Shown here one piece after another: positions 60,427 through 64,000 of a DNA stretch of 64,000 nucleotides; positions within the stretch are counted from its first letter, which is position 1; each line of letters starts with the position of its first letter. Position numbers and translations under genes: made by a program. A model generated the notes under the pieces. That model was given only the letters and a program-made list of their open reading frames with translations. It was not told the DNA's origin and ran no database searches. This stretch comes from Azolla caroliniana. Taxonomy: Eukaryota > Plantae > Polypodiophyta. The stretch is from assembly GCA_043228905.1 (NCBI GenBank), contig JBHGNT010000012.1, positions 15,128,001-15,192,000 on the forward strand, written 5' to 3'.

Positions 60427-61481
60427 TGTTACCGGCCGGCAAAGGAGTCCACAGTGGGAAACGGAGAGTTATTTAAGTAGTAGGAATGTGGTTGCAATTA
60501 AGCTATGAGTGTGGACGGACGGACAGGAATCAGTATGCCGTTCCGGATCCGGACCGATCCCGAACAGGTGCGGATGGCACCGTTTTGTAATACAGATCGG
60601 AAACCTATTTAAAGGCCCGAATACAATGTAATGAATAGCGGTTAATTAATAAAAGCTTAGCGTTGTTATCTCTCTGTGTTAATTGTCGTTCTGTCTTAAT
60701 TGTTATATCTTACGCGTGTGATTATGAAAGACGATCATGCTAAGTAACTTAATTAAGTCGGATTAAGCGTTGAGTCTAATCCGGTTGCCGTAACACCCTT
60801 TGGTGAAGTGTCTTCCGTAGACACCCTGTGTTAGGCCATTGTCCGGCCCTAAGAGTTAACACAGTTTTTGGCGACCACGATTCCTGTTTTTGCAACGAAC
60901 GACGGCACGGATGGATGTCTAGATCAACGCACGACCTGGATACAGATCGAACTCGACGCCTTGCCGAAAGGCAAAGGAGACGTGAGGCTTTCCAGCAAGC
61001 GGCGCAGGAAATTAGAGCGGATCGCTCGTTTTCCAACGTAATCCGGAGAGTAGCGGAGGACTCCCTCTAGTTACAGCAAACATCGCACCTGGATGACGGC
61101 AGCAGCCTAAGCAGCCTCCAGAAAACCGAATCCCTTCTCCACGCGTTGGCAAATGGAGAAGGCGAAGCAGAAGCCTTTTCAGCATATGAATCAGACTCCG
61201 AAGGCGAATACAGCGTGCACACGAACTACCGTAACAGCAACGAAACCCCGGGAGGACCGGAGGACGAAGGATCGGATACCTTACCAACACCGGAACCGGA
61301 AGTGCTAACGTTGGAACCCCCGGAACCAGCAGAGGAAGAGCGACCTCCGACACCGGAAGTCGAAGAGGAGAGGCCTCTGTCACCAAAAGAAGAGGAAAAA
61401 CCACCGACGCTGGAAACAAATCGGGAAAGACCACTGACGCCGGAGAAAATTCCGGAACGAGCACCAACACTGCCAGCCCGC
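60427..61481 (+). mobile_element. 5' end of a Gypsy-3 relative (LTR 60427-60861, PBS 60869-, gag from 60915)
   Basis: TGTTACCGGCCGGCAA...TAACA, TGGCGACCACGA, MSRSTHDLDTDRTRRLAERQRRRE similar to the Gypsy-3 N-terminus. Confidence 0.9.
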
Positions 61482-61614
61482 TGTCAGGAACTCTATTAAG
61501 GCAGAGAAGGAATTAGTACTAAAAGAAGGATTAGTACTATTGTTGGGGAATAGTACTAAGACAGAGAAGGATTAGTACTATGAGAGGTGTCGAACTTTGA
61601 GAGAAGGAATGAGT

Positions 61615-61650
<36 letters not shown>

Positions 61651-64000
61651 TGATGCGAAAGATATATGTATTATATGACGGAAGATATACAACAGTAGTT
61701 AGAAGGCTTAAGACTGGCGTTGAACCGATTTGGTTCGAACTAATGCCTTGCGCCTCCTTTTATAGTGTCTTCAGGAATACTCCTGAAGTTTCTAGAATGT
61801 TCCAGAGAAATCTGGAATATACATCAATTTCCTAATAAAACCTAAATGAAAATAATATCCTTCAAATTACAACTCATAACCTAATGGTAAAGTCTCGACC
61901 CGTGTAACAAAAGGTTATGGGTTCGAGTCTAGTTATGACACTATCCCCCCTTTAAAACGACGAGTTTCACGAGTCGTTTTGGATTGAGGACCCGGTTTCT
62001 CGGGATATCGTCGATGGAAGTCTTCTAGAAGAGCACGAGCATTGGTCACATTCTCGATCAGTTCCCAAGTACGCTCGCTGGGACTATATCCTAGCCAATC
62101 GACTAGATAGTAGAGCTTGTTGCGAACAATCTTGGAATCGAGGATGGCAGCGACCTCATACTCAGGTCCATCTTCGAGCTCGATAGGAGGTGGAGGTTGT
62201 ATAGTACGTCCTGGGATAGTGCTCTCGTGATAGGGTTCGAGGAGAGAACTATGAAACACCGGGTGTATCCGAAGTTGCGGAGGTAGCTCGAGACGAAAAG
62301 CGACATCATTAATCTTCCCGATAATACGGAAAGGACCTAATCGTCGATAATCCAACTTCTCACATGGGCGAGTAGTCTTGATGTGTCGTCGTAGCAGCCA
62401 CACCCGATCTCCAATGTTAAAACTGGATGGAAGTCGATGACGATCTGCGTAGTCCTTGTGTGATTGTTGAGCTTGCTGGAGTTGAGTAGATAAATCCGCT
62501 TGTATCTTGCGTAACCGCTCCAAACGATCCTCCGCGCAAGGATTTGTGGACACTTCTGGGGTTTCAAGGACACACCACCGGGGATGATATCCCGTATAAG
62601 CGTAGAATGGCGTGACTTTAGTCGATGCGTGGATAGCGTTATTATAGGCAAATTCGGCGAACTGAAGAATATCTGCCCAGTCATTCTGATGATAGTTGAG
62701 AAAGCACCGCAGATACTGCTCCAGTGTTTGATTTGTTCGTTCGGCTTGACCGTCGGTTTGTGGGTGGTAGCCGGAGGAGAGGTTACAAGTGACCTTCAGC
62801 ATTTTAAAAAGGTGCTTCCAGAATTTTGACACAAACTGGGGTCCACGATCGCTGATGATATTATCAGGGAGTCCATGATGCCGACATACTTCCCGCATGA
62901 CAATTTCGGCGGTGTCTTCACTAGATATTTCTTTAGTACATGGTAAGAAATGAGCCATCTTCGTATATCGATCCACCACTGTGAGAATCGCACTGAATCC
63001 CTTAGAGACTGGAAGATCTGTAATGAAGTCAAGAGCAATGGATTGCCATGGCTTGCTTGGAATTGGTAATGGTTCTAATAAACCATATGGATGATGTCTT
63101 GGCATTTTCGCTCTGCAGCATGTATCGCAAGTCCGAACAAAATCTTCGACAAATTGTCACATACGGGGCCACCAGAATGATCGTTGTACTAAATCTAATG
63201 TTTTAGTACTACCAAAATGTCCTGCTGTATATGTGTCATGGCAGTTTTGGACTACTCGAAGGCGGCAAGAACCATTAGGAACATACAAAAGTTCTTTAAA
63301 GAAGAGTAATCCATCACAGTATTTGAATTGCCGATAATCCGTACCTGGTGATTGTGATTGTGAACATGACGCTCGAGAGGGGTCAATTTGTGCTAGTATA
63401 GCTTGGGCGAAAGCGTCAGTCTTCAAGTCCTCACGTATAGTATTGGTAATGTCGGAATCCACGGGCATGTCAAAGATCTGTGCTGCTTGCAGTCGTGCTG
63501 GACCCAAGATTACTTGCTTCTGGTTATCGAAAGCTGGCTCACCGGGACGTGGTGTTAGATACGAACGCCGTGATAATGCATCTGCCTTCCCTTGGTGCTT
63601 CCCCGGACGATATGTAATTTTGAAGTCGAAGCGTGTGAGGAAGTGGGCCCACCGAGCTTGACGTCGATTCAGTACACGAGCATCTTGAAAGTAGGCAAGG
63701 TTCTTGTGGTCACTGAATACAGTGACCTGATGAGGAGATCCCTCCAGGAAATGCCTCCGTTGCATAAAAGAATCAACTATTGCTAATAGCTCTTTATCAT
63801 GAATTTCGTAGTTGATTTCGGCGGCGTCAAACTTACGGGAGTGGAAAGCCACAGGATGTAGCTTCTCGTCGTTACCCTGTTGTGACAGAATGCTCCCCAA
63901 TGCGAAATCCGATGCATCAGCTTCGATAATGAATGGTTTTTCCGGATCCACATGACCTAAAATTGGAGCTGATGTAAACGCCTTCTTAAGACTCTCGAAA
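61482..64000 (-). mobile_element. 3' part of a Tcn1-like chromovirus (RH, INT, chromodomain, PPT, 3' LTR 61482-61940)
   Basis: RH ADASDFALG, INT WQSIALDFIT/HPQTDGQAER, GPF module, chromodomain YEVAAILDSK...YLVDWLGYSPSERTWE, PPT AAAGGGGGGATAG. Confidence 0.92.
61870..61935 (+). other. tRNA-derived A-box/B-box cassette inside LTR U3
   Basis: TAACCTAATGG 61877-61887 and GGTTCGAGTC 61920-61929 at tRNA spacing. Confidence 0.5.

Overview
Plant nuclear DNA, probably from a non-seed plant such as a fern or lycophyte (inferred from the retrotransposon lineages). There is one host gene: a 5-exon chloroplast phosphoribulokinase (PRK) on the minus strand at 42115-44608. The rest is mostly nested LTR retrotransposons. 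Three are complete, with both LTRs and perfect 5-bp TSDs: Copia-A 8644-14030 (CATGC), Gypsy-3 17205-26972 (GGCTA; intact 1940-aa gag-pol plus an intact extra 3' ORF) and Copia-D 32553-37891 (GTACT). The window also holds partial or rearranged gypsy, copia and chromovirus copies, two LINE remnants and a fold-back element. Highlights are: a gypsy element with a tRNA-Trp PBS and a gag-pro/pol -1 frameshift with pseudoknot; tRNA-like Pol III cassettes in the U3 of two chromovirus-like LTRs; a Tf1-like self-priming signal; a copia Pol with a ~245-aa C-terminal extension; a 56-bp-periodic stem-loop array in a gypsy leader; and a long hairpin divergent from the PRK promoter. Coordinates and identities were read by eye, and lineage names are tentative.
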